Of a DNA stretch of 26,016 bases, positions 8,951-17,362 are shown piece by piece. Under the pieces are notes generated by a model, which saw nothing but the letters and a program-made list of their open reading frames with translations, searched no databases and was not told the DNA's origin. The stretch lies in NCBI GenBank assembly GCA_038208905.1, contig JBBQYG010000047.1, positions 1-26,016 of the forward strand. Direction: 5' to 3'. The stretch's first letter is position 1, and each line of letters starts with the position of its first letter. A program made the translations under genes and the position numbers. Source of the DNA: Candidatus Sumerlaeia bacterium. Lineage in GTDB: Bacteria; Sumerlaeota; Sumerlaeia; SLMS01.

Positions 8951-10870
8951 CTACCGCGCCCGCTCTCCCAGTTCCGTCCAGCGGGCGTAGAGGCGTTCGA
9001 CCTCGGCTTTGGCGGCGGAAAGCTTGTCGGTGAGTTCCTTGATCTGGGCCTTCGATGACTTGGCGAAGGTGTCAGGATCCGCCAGCTTGGCCTCGATCTT
9101 GGCGGCGGCGGCCTCGGCCTCGGCGATAACGGCCTCGATGCCGTCGAATTCGCGCTGTTCCTTGAAGCCGAGCTTCGCGACGGGTGCGGCCTTGCGCGGC
9201 TCCTCCGCCGCGGGTTTGGCGGCGGACTTCGACGGCGCTGCGCCGGTTGCGGTGCGGTCGAGGTAGGCGCGATAGTGATCGTAGTTTCCCTCCACGATGT
9301 CTATGCGCCCATCGCCGTGAAAGCCGATGATGCGCGTGGCGACACGGTTGAGGAAGTAGCGGTCGTGGCTGACGATGAAGGCGCATCCCTCGAAATTGGC
9401 GAGCGACTCCTCCAGAATGCGCAGCGTCGGCAGGTCGAGGTCGTTGGTGGGCTCGTCGAGGACGACGACATTGCCGCCCTCGCGGAGCATCTTGGCGAGC
9501 TGGACGCGGTTGCGTTCTCCGCCGCTGAGGAGCTTGATGGGCATCGCGGAGGTGTTCTCGTCGAAGAGGAACTGCGCCAGCCAGCTCCGGAAGTTCATGC
9601 GGCGCCCGGCGATTTCCACCCACTCCATATCGCCTGCCACTTCCTGCAGGACAGTCTTCTCGGGATCGAGGCTCGCGCGCGCCTGGTCCGCATAGACAAA
9701 CTTGATCGTGGAGCCGTGGCGGACCTCGCCCTCGTCGGGCTCCAAGGTCTTCATGATAAGCCGCAGCAACGTGGTCTTGCCGAGCCCGTTGCGGCCCACG
9801 ACGCCGACGCGGTCGCCGGGGCCGAGGGTGAACTCCAGCTTGTCGATCAGTCGGCGGCCCGCGATGGTGTAGCTGACCTTGTCCACCTCGACCAGTGTGC
9901 GCCCAAGGCGCGGTCCCGGCGGGATCAGCATCTGCATGGATCCGTCGGCGGCGAGGGGCTTGCTCGCGATCAGGTCGTGGGCGCGGTCGATGCGCGACTT
10001 GGACTTGGTGGTGCGCGCGCGCGGCTGGCGGCGCAGCCACTCGAGCTCCCGCCTGAGGAGAATCTGGCGCGTCGCCTCGGTCCGGCGGTCGCGATCGGCT
10101 TCGATTTCCTTGGCGGCAAGGTAGTCGGAATAGTTGCCGGGATAGACGAGGGCGCGGCCGCGCCAAATCTCCACCATCGTCGTCGTCACGTTGTCGAGGA
10201 AGTAACGGTCGTGCGTCACCAGGATCACCGTGCCGCGATATGCCGCGAGCCACACTTCCAGCCAATCGAGCGTTTCCGCGTCGAGGTGGTTGGTCGGTTC
10301 GTCGAGGAGCAGGAGTTCGGAGCCTTCGAGCAGCGTGCGGCAGAGCGCCACGCGGCGGCGCTCTCCGCCGGAAAGTTCGCCCACGATGCGGTCGTAGGGC
10401 GGCACGCCGAGTTCGCGCGCGGCCTCTGCCTTGCGCGATTCGAGCGTGTGGACATCGCGCTGTTCCAGGCGCTCCTCGATCTCCGCCTGTCGGCGAAGCA
10501 GGCGGTCGGCGACGGGACCGGTGTGCTCGGTTTCCAGGCGCTCGTGGATGCCGTCGATTTCCGCCTCCATCGCGCGAACATCGGCGAACGCGGCCTCGAT
10601 GGCCTCGCCGACGGTGTTGGCGTCGTTGAGGCCGCCCTCCTGGTCGAGATAGGAAACCGTCAGGTCGCGGCGGCGGCGCACGTCTCCGCCATCGGTGGGG
10701 ACCTTGCCGGCGATGATGCCAAGCAGCGTGGACTTTCCCGCGCCGTTGGCACCCATGAGAGCGATGCGGTCGCCCTCGTTCACGGCAAAGGAGACGTCCT
10801 CCAGAATGGCGCGCTCGAGATAGACCTTGCGCAGGTTGTGGGCGGAAAGAATCGGTGGGCGATCTGACAT
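8951..10870 (-). CDS. uup: ABC-F family ATPase, Uup/YfmR-like (639 aa)
   Basis: Two NBDs (GANGAGKST/LSGGERRR/LLLDEPTNHLD and GRNGLGKTT/LSGGERNR/VLDEPTNDLD), linker ELEWLRRQPRARTTKSKSRI, C-terminal coiled coil KLGFKEQREF...LYARWTEL; no TM segments. Confidence 0.9.
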   Translation of the reverse strand: MSDRPPILSAHNLRKVYLERAILEDVSFAVNEGDRIALMGANGAGKSTLLGIIAGKVPTDGGDVRRRRDLTVSYLDQEGGLNDANTVGEAIEAAFADVRAMEAEIDGIHERLETEHTGPVADRLLRRQAEIEERLEQRDVHTLESRKAEAARELGVPPYDRIVGELSGGERRRVALCRTLLEGSELLLLDEPTNHLDAETLDWLEVWLAAYRGTVILVTHDRYFLDNVTTTMVEIWRGRALVYPGNYSDYLAAKEIEADRDRRTEATRQILLRRELEWLRRQPRARTTKSKSRIDRAHDLIASKPLAADGSMQMLIPPGPRLGRTLVEVDKVSYTIAGRRLIDKLEFTLGPGDRVGVVGRNGLGKTTLLRLIMKTLEPDEGEVRHGSTIKFVYADQARASLDPEKTVLQEVAGDMEWVEIAGRRMNFRSWLAQFLFDENTSAMPIKLLSGGERNRVQLAKMLREGGNVVVLDEPTNDLDLPTLRILEESLANFEGCAFIVSHDRYFLNRVATRIIGFHGDGRIDIVEGNYDHYRAYLDRTATGAAPSKSAAKPAAEEPRKAAPVAKLGFKEQREFDGIEAVIAEAEAAAAKIEAKLADPDTFAKSSKAQIKELTDKLSAAKAEVERLYARWTELGERAR

Positions 10871-10883
10871 TTCTTGGGCGCGC

Positions 10884-11618
10884 CTAGACCGTCATGCCGC
10901 GCGCAAGGAATTCGCGGACGACCGGGTTGTCGGACTTGCGCAGTTCTTCGGGCGTGCCCGAGGCGGCGATGCGCCCCTCGTTAAGCAGGTGCAGGCGCGT
11001 GCCGATTCCGAAGGCGCTCACCAGGTCGTGGGTTACAACGATCATCGTGCAGCCGCTCTCCTGGTTCACTTCCTTCACAATATCGTCCACCGTCTGGCTG
11101 ATGGGGGGATCAAGTCCAGCCGTCGGCTCGTCAAAGAGCATGCACTCGGCCTCCTGCACCAGGGCGCGGGCAATGGCCACGCGCTTCTGCTGGCCGCCGG
11201 AGATTGTGGTGACGGCCTGGTCTTCGCGCCCCTCGAGGCCAACGCGCTTCAGGCTCTCCGCAACCTTGCTCTTGATCTCGGCGCTGTCGGCGCCCTTCAC
11301 CTCGAGCAAAGGCAGCCCGACATTCTCGCCCACGCTCAGCGACTGGAGCATTCCGCCGTTCTGGAAGATCATCCCAAATCGGCGCCGGACGGGGTACAAT
11401 TCCTTCTCGGTCAGGGCAGAAATATCCTCGCCATCGATCAGGATGGTTCCCGCATCGGGCTTGAGGAGGCCGACCAGATGCTTGAGCAGGACGCTCTTGC
11501 CAGTGCCTGAACGGCCCATGATGATGCAAATCTCGCCCTGCTCCACGACGAGATCGAGCCCGTCGAAGACAACCAGTTTGCCGAAGCTTTTCTTGAGGCC
11601 CTTGATCTCGATCCGCAT
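10884..11618 (-). CDS. ABC transporter ATP-binding protein, MlaF/Mkl/Ttg2A-like
   Basis: GRSGTGKSVLLKHLVGLLKPD, GMIFQNGG, ISGGQQKRVAIARAL, FDEPTAGLDP, VTHD and a C-terminal SDNPVVREFL typical of the MlaF family. Confidence 0.85.
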   Translation of the reverse strand: MRIEIKGLKKSFGKLVVFDGLDLVVEQGEICIIMGRSGTGKSVLLKHLVGLLKPDAGTILIDGEDISALTEKELYPVRRRFGMIFQNGGMLQSLSVGENVGLPLLEVKGADSAEIKSKVAESLKRVGLEGREDQAVTTISGGQQKRVAIARALVQEAECMLFDEPTAGLDPPISQTVDDIVKEVNQESGCTMIVVTHDLVSAFGIGTRLHLLNEGRIAASGTPEELRKSDNPVVREFLARGMTV

Positions 11619-11630
11619 GGGGCAGGAGCG

Positions 11631-13280
11631 TCAGGGGACGGGCGGCGCGGGGACAAAGGAATTCGGTGCTTCCCGCTGGATGGCGTACTGGGGGGAGTCC
11701 CAGGGCGCTCCAATCCGCATGGCGATCCGCCAGCCGTCCTCCTCCGCAAGGATCGACGTGTAGAACACGCGCATGTCACGCTCCCACTCGCTCCAGTGGG
11801 GATCCTTGGAATCGGACCAGAAGGGAACCTGCGTCGTCCCCTCGATCGTGATCAGCCACCGCCCGGGAGGAAACTGGCTCGCGAGGCTTTCCTCCCCGCG
11901 CGCGCTGTACACGGACATCAGGCCGATGGACCGCGCCGCGCGGGGCTGGGTGGCGAGCCACTTCTCGAATCGGGCCTTCCCTTCCTCCGACAGCCGCGCC
12001 CCGCGCCCCGAGCGGAATTCCTCCACCGCCTTCGTATCCCAAATCTTTGCCGTGTAGAGCCCCGCGCGAACAACGTCGGCGTCGGGCGGGAGGTTTTCCG
12101 CGAGCCACGCGCTCATGCGGTCAACATTGAGGGCGCCCAATGGGAGCGGATCGGTGTACTGGAGCCTCAAAAAGAGGACCGCCGCCAAAGCCAAAACCCA
12201 TTTCATGCCCGGCGCCGCCGAGTCCTTGAGCGCGCGCAGCGCCTCCGGTACGCACGCCGAAACGCCCGCCATCGCCGGGAAGAAGTAGTTGCCGTGCTGA
12301 AGTTCCCAACGCGAAACCATCGCGAAGTTTACCACAGGGACGATCATCAGCACCGCGAGCCGCCGCGTCCGGCGGAGAGCCAACGCGATCAATCCCATCA
12401 GGAATGCCGCCGCGAATCCCGGGTCTGTTTTCACCAGGACGCCAAACGTGCCCACCACGGGCACCACGTGGGAACCTGGGGCCGTCGTGGCCACGATGCG
12501 GGAGACCTCCTTGAGCCCCGCATAGGACGCCGCGGGCGTCAGCACCCAGCTTGGCGCGAGCACCAGGAATACGGCGATGGAAACGAGCGCGGCGACCACC
12601 AGATCGGCGAAGCGCCGCCGCGGTTCCCCCGCCCCGAGCGCCGCCGCCGCCATCACGGCAAGGCAGCAGAGCGCCCCGTTGTACTTAAACGCCGCGGCCA
12701 GCCCGATGAATGCGCCTGCCGCGATCATCTGGCGCCGGCTGGGAGATTCCAGATACCGCAGCGCCATCCACGTCGCCCCTGCCACGCCCAGCATCAGGCC
12801 AACGTCGGGCATGACGTAAGCCGCATAGCGTACGGCGTGTGGAGAGAAGCCATAAACCACCACCGCCAGAAGACCCGCCGCCGCGCCGCCCCTTCGCGGC
12901 GCCATCCGCCACAGGATTGCAATGGTGCAAAGCGCGAGCCCCAGCACCACCGCGCGCGGCCCCAGGACAAACACCCGGGCGCCGGCGGCGCTGTCGAGAA
13001 TCGCCCACTCCGTCGGGCCGAGCCCGCTCAGCAAACCTCCGATCAACGCCACGATTCCGCCTGCCGGAACGGCGAGGTAGCCGATCAGCGGGGGGTAGTA
13101 GAAATTGACGGGAATGATCGTCCGGTTGGTGACGAAGTGCTCGAGGTTGGCGAGGATGTATGTCTCGTCGGCAAAGGGCGGCAGGCGAAAATACGAGAGG
13201 CGGACCAGCCCGAGAAGCGCCAGAGCCCACCAGTACACCTGCCCGCGATCGGAGTGCTGTTCGGCTGGAATTCCGCTCAA
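11631..13280 (-). CDS. GT-C fold membrane glycosyltransferase (ArnT/PMT_2, GT39/GT83-like)
   Basis: N-terminal TM then the FADE acidic motif, FYYPPL, MPD, AFKYNG, multiple TMs and a soluble C-terminal domain. The TTG start overlaps the upstream TGA (TTGA). Confidence 0.8.
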   Translation of the reverse strand: MSGIPAEQHSDRGQVYWWALALLGLVRLSYFRLPPFADETYILANLEHFVTNRTIIPVNFYYPPLIGYLAVPAGGIVALIGGLLSGLGPTEWAILDSAAGARVFVLGPRAVVLGLALCTIAILWRMAPRRGGAAAGLLAVVVYGFSPHAVRYAAYVMPDVGLMLGVAGATWMALRYLESPSRRQMIAAGAFIGLAAAFKYNGALCCLAVMAAAALGAGEPRRRFADLVVAALVSIAVFLVLAPSWVLTPAASYAGLKEVSRIVATTAPGSHVVPVVGTFGVLVKTDPGFAAAFLMGLIALALRRTRRLAVLMIVPVVNFAMVSRWELQHGNYFFPAMAGVSACVPEALRALKDSAAPGMKWVLALAAVLFLRLQYTDPLPLGALNVDRMSAWLAENLPPDADVVRAGLYTAKIWDTKAVEEFRSGRGARLSEEGKARFEKWLATQPRAARSIGLMSVYSARGEESLASQFPPGRWLITIEGTTQVPFWSDSKDPHWSEWERDMRVFYTSILAEEDGWRIAMRIGAPWDSPQYAIQREAPNSFVPAPPVP

Positions 13281-14344
13281 GTGACGTCGCTGACGGTGGG
13301 CTGCAAGACGCCTTCCTCGTCAATGAGGCGTATCGGGTTGCTGAGGATCCAAAGCTTGCGGTTAAGGTAAACCTCTACGCGATAGGAACCGGGACCGGCG
13401 GCCGGGAAGCTGGTCTCCGAACTCGTGCCCCAAAAGAGAGGTTGGCCGTTGTGGCGGAGAACCACCTCGGCGGGCTGGGGTAGGCAGATGTGGAATCGTC
13501 CGTTCGGCGTGTAAGCCACGTCCTCGCCCATCGCGCGGCGGCGCCCGGTGACGGAAACGAACTCGAATTGGAAGCCCTTCTCCGAGGCAATCACGCGGTT
13601 GGCCACGTGGGAACGGCCCTCGCGGAGGGCGCTCCACACCATGTCTCGCGCACGCAGCCATACCGTCGGCAGTTCCTGGGTGTGGATGCACGTGCAGATC
13701 GTCTGGAACGCGAGATCGTAGGGAAAGAGCACCTTCCAGTCCAGGAGCGGGTCCTTGCGCTGGTGAACGTTTAGCCCGCCAACGATGGGAAGGCGGCGGC
13801 GCTCCAACTCGCGGTCCCACTTCCACAGCAGCTTGCGATTGGGCCCCAACAGCATCTTCTCGGCGCGGGCCGCCGCCTGCAGGACGTACTTGGAGTTGGT
13901 GCGGGAAAGGAACTCGTCCATGAACGACCAGATCTCCAGCAGATCGGTCTGCTCCATGGGCACGGGCGGCGGCGGGATTCTGGGATTGGGGGATTTGCCG
14001 CGGGGAAGTTGATGGTGGATCGAGACAGAAACGGCGCACTGGCGGCGAATCTCTTCCAGCGCCTCCTCCACCGTTTCGCGCTTGCCAATCTCCTCGCGCG
14101 ATTCGAAGGCGAGCAGATGCCCCGTGGGCGTGCTGACCTCCTCTCCGCAGAGCACCAGCACGCCATCGTGCCAGCCCTCCTGGTTCTCAAGTCCGTAGCC
14201 AAGCGTCCCGTGGTCGGTGAGGACCACGAAATCCACTTCGTTCTTCTTCGCCGCCTCGACGACCTCCTCCAGAGTGCCATAGCCACCGCTCTGAACGGTG
14301 TGGACGTGGAGGACGCCGGTATAAGTCCGGGGCGAACTGGCCAT
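13277..14344 (-). CDS. PHP-domain metallohydrolase (CehA/McbA-like) with a C-terminal beta-sandwich
   Basis: GVLHVHT, VLTDH, GEEVS, GHLLAF, LEIWS, GGLNVH, ALREGRS and C-terminal GSYRVEV...WILSNPI. Confidence 0.85.
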   Translation of the reverse strand: MASSPRTYTGVLHVHTVQSGGYGTLEEVVEAAKKNEVDFVVLTDHGTLGYGLENQEGWHDGVLVLCGEEVSTPTGHLLAFESREEIGKRETVEEALEEIRRQCAVSVSIHHQLPRGKSPNPRIPPPPVPMEQTDLLEIWSFMDEFLSRTNSKYVLQAAARAEKMLLGPNRKLLWKWDRELERRRLPIVGGLNVHQRKDPLLDWKVLFPYDLAFQTICTCIHTQELPTVWLRARDMVWSALREGRSHVANRVIASEKGFQFEFVSVTGRRRAMGEDVAYTPNGRFHICLPQPAEVVLRHNGQPLFWGTSSETSFPAAGPGSYRVEVYLNRKLWILSNPIRLIDEEGVLQPTVSDVT

Positions 14345-14481
14345 GACGGGGACACGGGCGGTGGGTCGCCGCGCCGCGCGGATAGGCCGCGGCGACCAGT
14401 GGGTTGTCGGCCATGCGGGGGCCGTAGTGCGAACGCGCCCTTATGTGACCGGCACCCTCCATACGGTGTCAATGCGCCGCT

Positions 14482-15279
14482 TTAGGGAGTGGCAGGGACG
14501 GGCTCGACCATCCCGGGGGTGGGCCCGGGAACAACTGGGATCGGATCCATCGGCGTCATGGTGGTCCTGGCGGCGCCGCGGGCGTGCAGGTTAATCAACT
14601 CCACATAGGCAACCTCGGGGAAGTCCAGAAGCTGATCCTTGTGCTGCTTGACGAGCTCGATATTGCGGGCGAGCACGTCTGCCGCCTGGGTTTCAAGGGT
14701 GGAAAGAGTGCTGCCAAAGGAGACGTTCAACTGCTGCTGATTGCCCTGCTGGTTCTTGAAGGCGGTGGATATGTTGTCCACCGCGATGTCGAACTTGTCG
14801 TAGATTTCGGTGAGGATCGGGTCCGCCTTCTTCTTACCCTCGTTGATGGATGCGTAGATCGCCTCGGTATTGAAGGAGAACTCGGCGGGGGACATCTTGT
14901 GCTTTTCGAGCTCGGCGGCGAAGCCTTCCATGAGTTCGCGCCCGAAACTGGTGCCGAGCTTCAGCATTTCCCCGAGGCCGATGTTGGCCGTCTTTCCGTT
15001 CTTGGAATCGATGATCTTCTGGACGGTGGGGTTGGCCTGAACCTTAGCCAGCATTGCATCGCGGACCTGAAAGTAGGAATCGAGGCGTTCCTGACTCAGG
15101 GCGCCATCGGCGGGTGTCGCGAACGGGTAGGTGGTGTCTAGCTTTTCGATATCGGCGGCGGCCACCTTGTAGCCGTCCGTTACTTGCTTGATCTTGATTC
15201 CGGTATAGACGAAGCCCCCGATCACCAGAACGACGAGAAGCAGGGTGATGATGCCGCATCCGATGAGCACTTTTTTCAT
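14482..15279 (-). CDS. hypothetical protein with a single N-terminal membrane anchor (265 aa)
   Basis: MKKVLIGCGIITLLLVVLVIGGFVY, then a helical K/E/D-rich domain and a Pro-rich tail; AAGGA upstream; gene-like composition. Confidence 0.8.
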   Translation of the reverse strand: MKKVLIGCGIITLLLVVLVIGGFVYTGIKIKQVTDGYKVAAADIEKLDTTYPFATPADGALSQERLDSYFQVRDAMLAKVQANPTVQKIIDSKNGKTANIGLGEMLKLGTSFGRELMEGFAAELEKHKMSPAEFSFNTEAIYASINEGKKKADPILTEIYDKFDIAVDNISTAFKNQQGNQQQLNVSFGSTLSTLETQAADVLARNIELVKQHKDQLLDFPEVAYVELINLHARGAARTTMTPMDPIPVVPGPTPGMVEPVPATP

Positions 15280-15396
15280 GGGTCTTGTTCCTTGCGGGTC
15301 CGTTGGGGGTATGGGGCAATATCTACCCGCGATGGGGTGGTTTATTCAACCGGACCCCTCGCCAAGGCAACAGATTCCCCAGCAGGACGGCAATCC

Positions 15397-16101
15397 ATGC
15401 AGGACCTACCCCGCCCCGCGAACCTTCCCCAGGGCTCCACGCCACCCCATGTGAAGATATGCGGCCTGACGCGGCTGGAGGACGCGCGCCTGGCCATCGA
15501 CCTCGGCGCAACCTTCGTCGGGCTGATCCTGACGGCGAAAAGCCCGCGCCGAATCGCCCCCGCCGAGGCCGCTGAACTCCTGATCGAGCTGCGTCGCAGC
15601 CACGGGGACCGCGTCCGCGCGATTGGCGTCTACACCGACGAGGCTCCCGATGCGATCGCCCGCGAGCGCGAATTGCTACGACTCGACGCGGTGCAGGTCC
15701 ACGGCGACTTCGAGGCCGTCGCCTCGTTCCTCCCGAGAGCCGCGATCCTTCCCGCGATCGGCATTCGCGACGCGGCGGACGGCAAGCGGCTGGTCAGCCT
15801 ACACGCCGGGTACGCCGCCATTGTAGCCGACGCCCAGACGGAGGGGCGCAGTGGCGGCACGGGGAAGACCTTTGACCATCGCCATGTGCAGTCCGCCCTT
15901 GCGCGGCGCCGGGTTCTGCTGGCGGGGGGCCTAACCCCCGACAACATCGAGGACGTGGTGGGGCGGCTTCGCGGCGGGCCGGTGCCCTATGGATTTGATC
16001 TCAGCTCGGGCGTGGAGGAATCGCCCGGCGTGAAGTCCCACGCCCTGCTGCGCGCGTTCTTTGCCGCCTATCGCCACGCCTTCCTTCCCGCGGCCCCATG
16101 A
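15397..16101 (+). CDS. trpF: phosphoribosylanthranilate isomerase (~234 aa)
   Basis: VKICGLTRLEDA, KSPRRI, VQVHGD, GGTGKTFD, LAGGLTPDNI, DLSSGVEESPGVKS. Start placed at ATG 15397 with AGGA upstream. Confidence 0.92.
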   Translation: MQDLPRPANLPQGSTPPHVKICGLTRLEDARLAIDLGATFVGLILTAKSPRRIAPAEAAELLIELRRSHGDRVRAIGVYTDEAPDAIARERELLRLDAVQVHGDFEAVASFLPRAAILPAIGIRDAADGKRLVSLHAGYAAIVADAQTEGRSGGTGKTFDHRHVQSALARRRVLLAGGLTPDNIEDVVGRLRGGPVPYGFDLSSGVEESPGVKSHALLRAFFAAYRHAFLPAAP

Positions 16102-17234
16102 TCGCGATGGCCCTGGCGGAGGGCTTCCTATCCGGCGTCTGCGCCGGGGCGATTCTGGTGTGGTTCTACAACCGGTTTCTGGCATCGCGGCGTGAGAGCT
16201 ACGCCAAGAAGGCCATGTCGCTGGCGACGATCCCGCTGGCAACGCTGGCGGGCGCGCTGCACGCGGTGGCCGTGCTGGCTGCTTTCCCTCACTCGAGCAT
16301 TCCCGCCCTCGCGGGGCTGGCAATCGTGGCGCTGAAGGCGAGGACAGTGATCCGCCAGCGGAAGTTGGGCCGCGGCGTCGTCCGCCAACACCTCGACGTG
16401 GGAACCCACGGCATCAACTGGCGCCGCTATCATCCGGTGGTGCGCGCGGGGCTGGGACTGCTCGCGCCCATCAATCGGGTGGATCGCCTGGAGCTGGTGG
16501 AGGTGGAGGCGCGCATCCCCGGGCTGCACCCGGATATGGACGGCTACCGCATCCTCCATCTGACGGATTTCCACGTGCATCCCACACTCAGGAAGCAGTG
16601 GTTTGGGGCAGTGATTGATCGCTCGCTGGACCTGGGGCCCGACGCCGTGCTGGTGGGCGGCGACTACGTTTCGCGACGCTGGCACGGGCGGAACGCGGAG
16701 GCGGCGCTCGCCGGCCTCGCGCACCTCGACGTACCCGTGCTGGCGATTCGCGGAAACCACGATTTCTGGACGGGGCCTCGATTCTTTGCGCGGATGCTTC
16801 GGAATTGGGGAGCCGAATTGATGGTTAACGACTTGGTGCTGCTGACCCGCGGCGAGGGCGCCCTGTGGGTGGCGGGGATCGAGGCCCCGTATATACCGAT
16901 GACGCATCGCGCGGTGGGGGAACTCCGCGGCCGCATGGAATCGGAGCGCCCCGATGCGCCTCGCCTTGGCTTGGTCCACACGCCCGAGGCGTTTTCCCTC
17001 GCCGCCGAACTCGGCTGCGCCTTTGCCATCGCGGGCCACACCCACGGCGGGCAAATCCGCCTCCCCTTTTTCGGCACCACGATCGCGGGCTGCGCGGAAC
17101 CCGCCGAGTTCGTTTGGGGCATGGGCCATGTGGGAGGGATGACAACATGCGTTTCCAACGGTATCGGAGCGTTCTTTCCGCTGAGGGTGATGTGCCCGCC
17201 GCAGGTGGTGGTCGTCACCCTTCGCGCGGGCTGA
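16098..17234 (+). CDS. membrane-anchored calcineurin-like metallophosphoesterase (YkuE/YaeI-like)
   Basis: N-terminal TMs; HLTDFH, GGDYV, RGNHD, LVHTP, AGHTHGGQIRLP, VSNGIG. ATGA overlap with trpF. Confidence 0.9.
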   Translation: MIAMALAEGFLSGVCAGAILVWFYNRFLASRRESYAKKAMSLATIPLATLAGALHAVAVLAAFPHSSIPALAGLAIVALKARTVIRQRKLGRGVVRQHLDVGTHGINWRRYHPVVRAGLGLLAPINRVDRLELVEVEARIPGLHPDMDGYRILHLTDFHVHPTLRKQWFGAVIDRSLDLGPDAVLVGGDYVSRRWHGRNAEAALAGLAHLDVPVLAIRGNHDFWTGPRFFARMLRNWGAELMVNDLVLLTRGEGALWVAGIEAPYIPMTHRAVGELRGRMESERPDAPRLGLVHTPEAFSLAAELGCAFAIAGHTHGGQIRLPFFGTTIAGCAEPAEFVWGMGHVGGMTTCVSNGIGAFFPLRVMCPPQVVVVTLRAG

Positions 17235-17362
17235 ATGCCAAGGTGGAAGCCGAGGCCGCCGAAACCAAACAATTTTCCCCTTGATTCAACGCTCCGCCGT
17301 GCCATCGTGAGCAATACTGATTAAGGCGATTTTTCGACGCGGCCCGATCAAAGGTAGCTTCC

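Noticed and set aside
9275..10867. 530-aa + strand ORF
   Set aside because: Antisense to the well-supported ABC-F gene; a typical codon-bias shadow.
11796..13370. 524-aa + strand ORF
   Set aside because: Arg-rich shadow of the GT-C membrane protein gene.
14363..14397. GC-rich hairpin upstream of the PHP gene
   Set aside because: The GGTCGCCGCG/CGCGGCGACC stem has no U-tract or recognisable motif, so no function can be supported.
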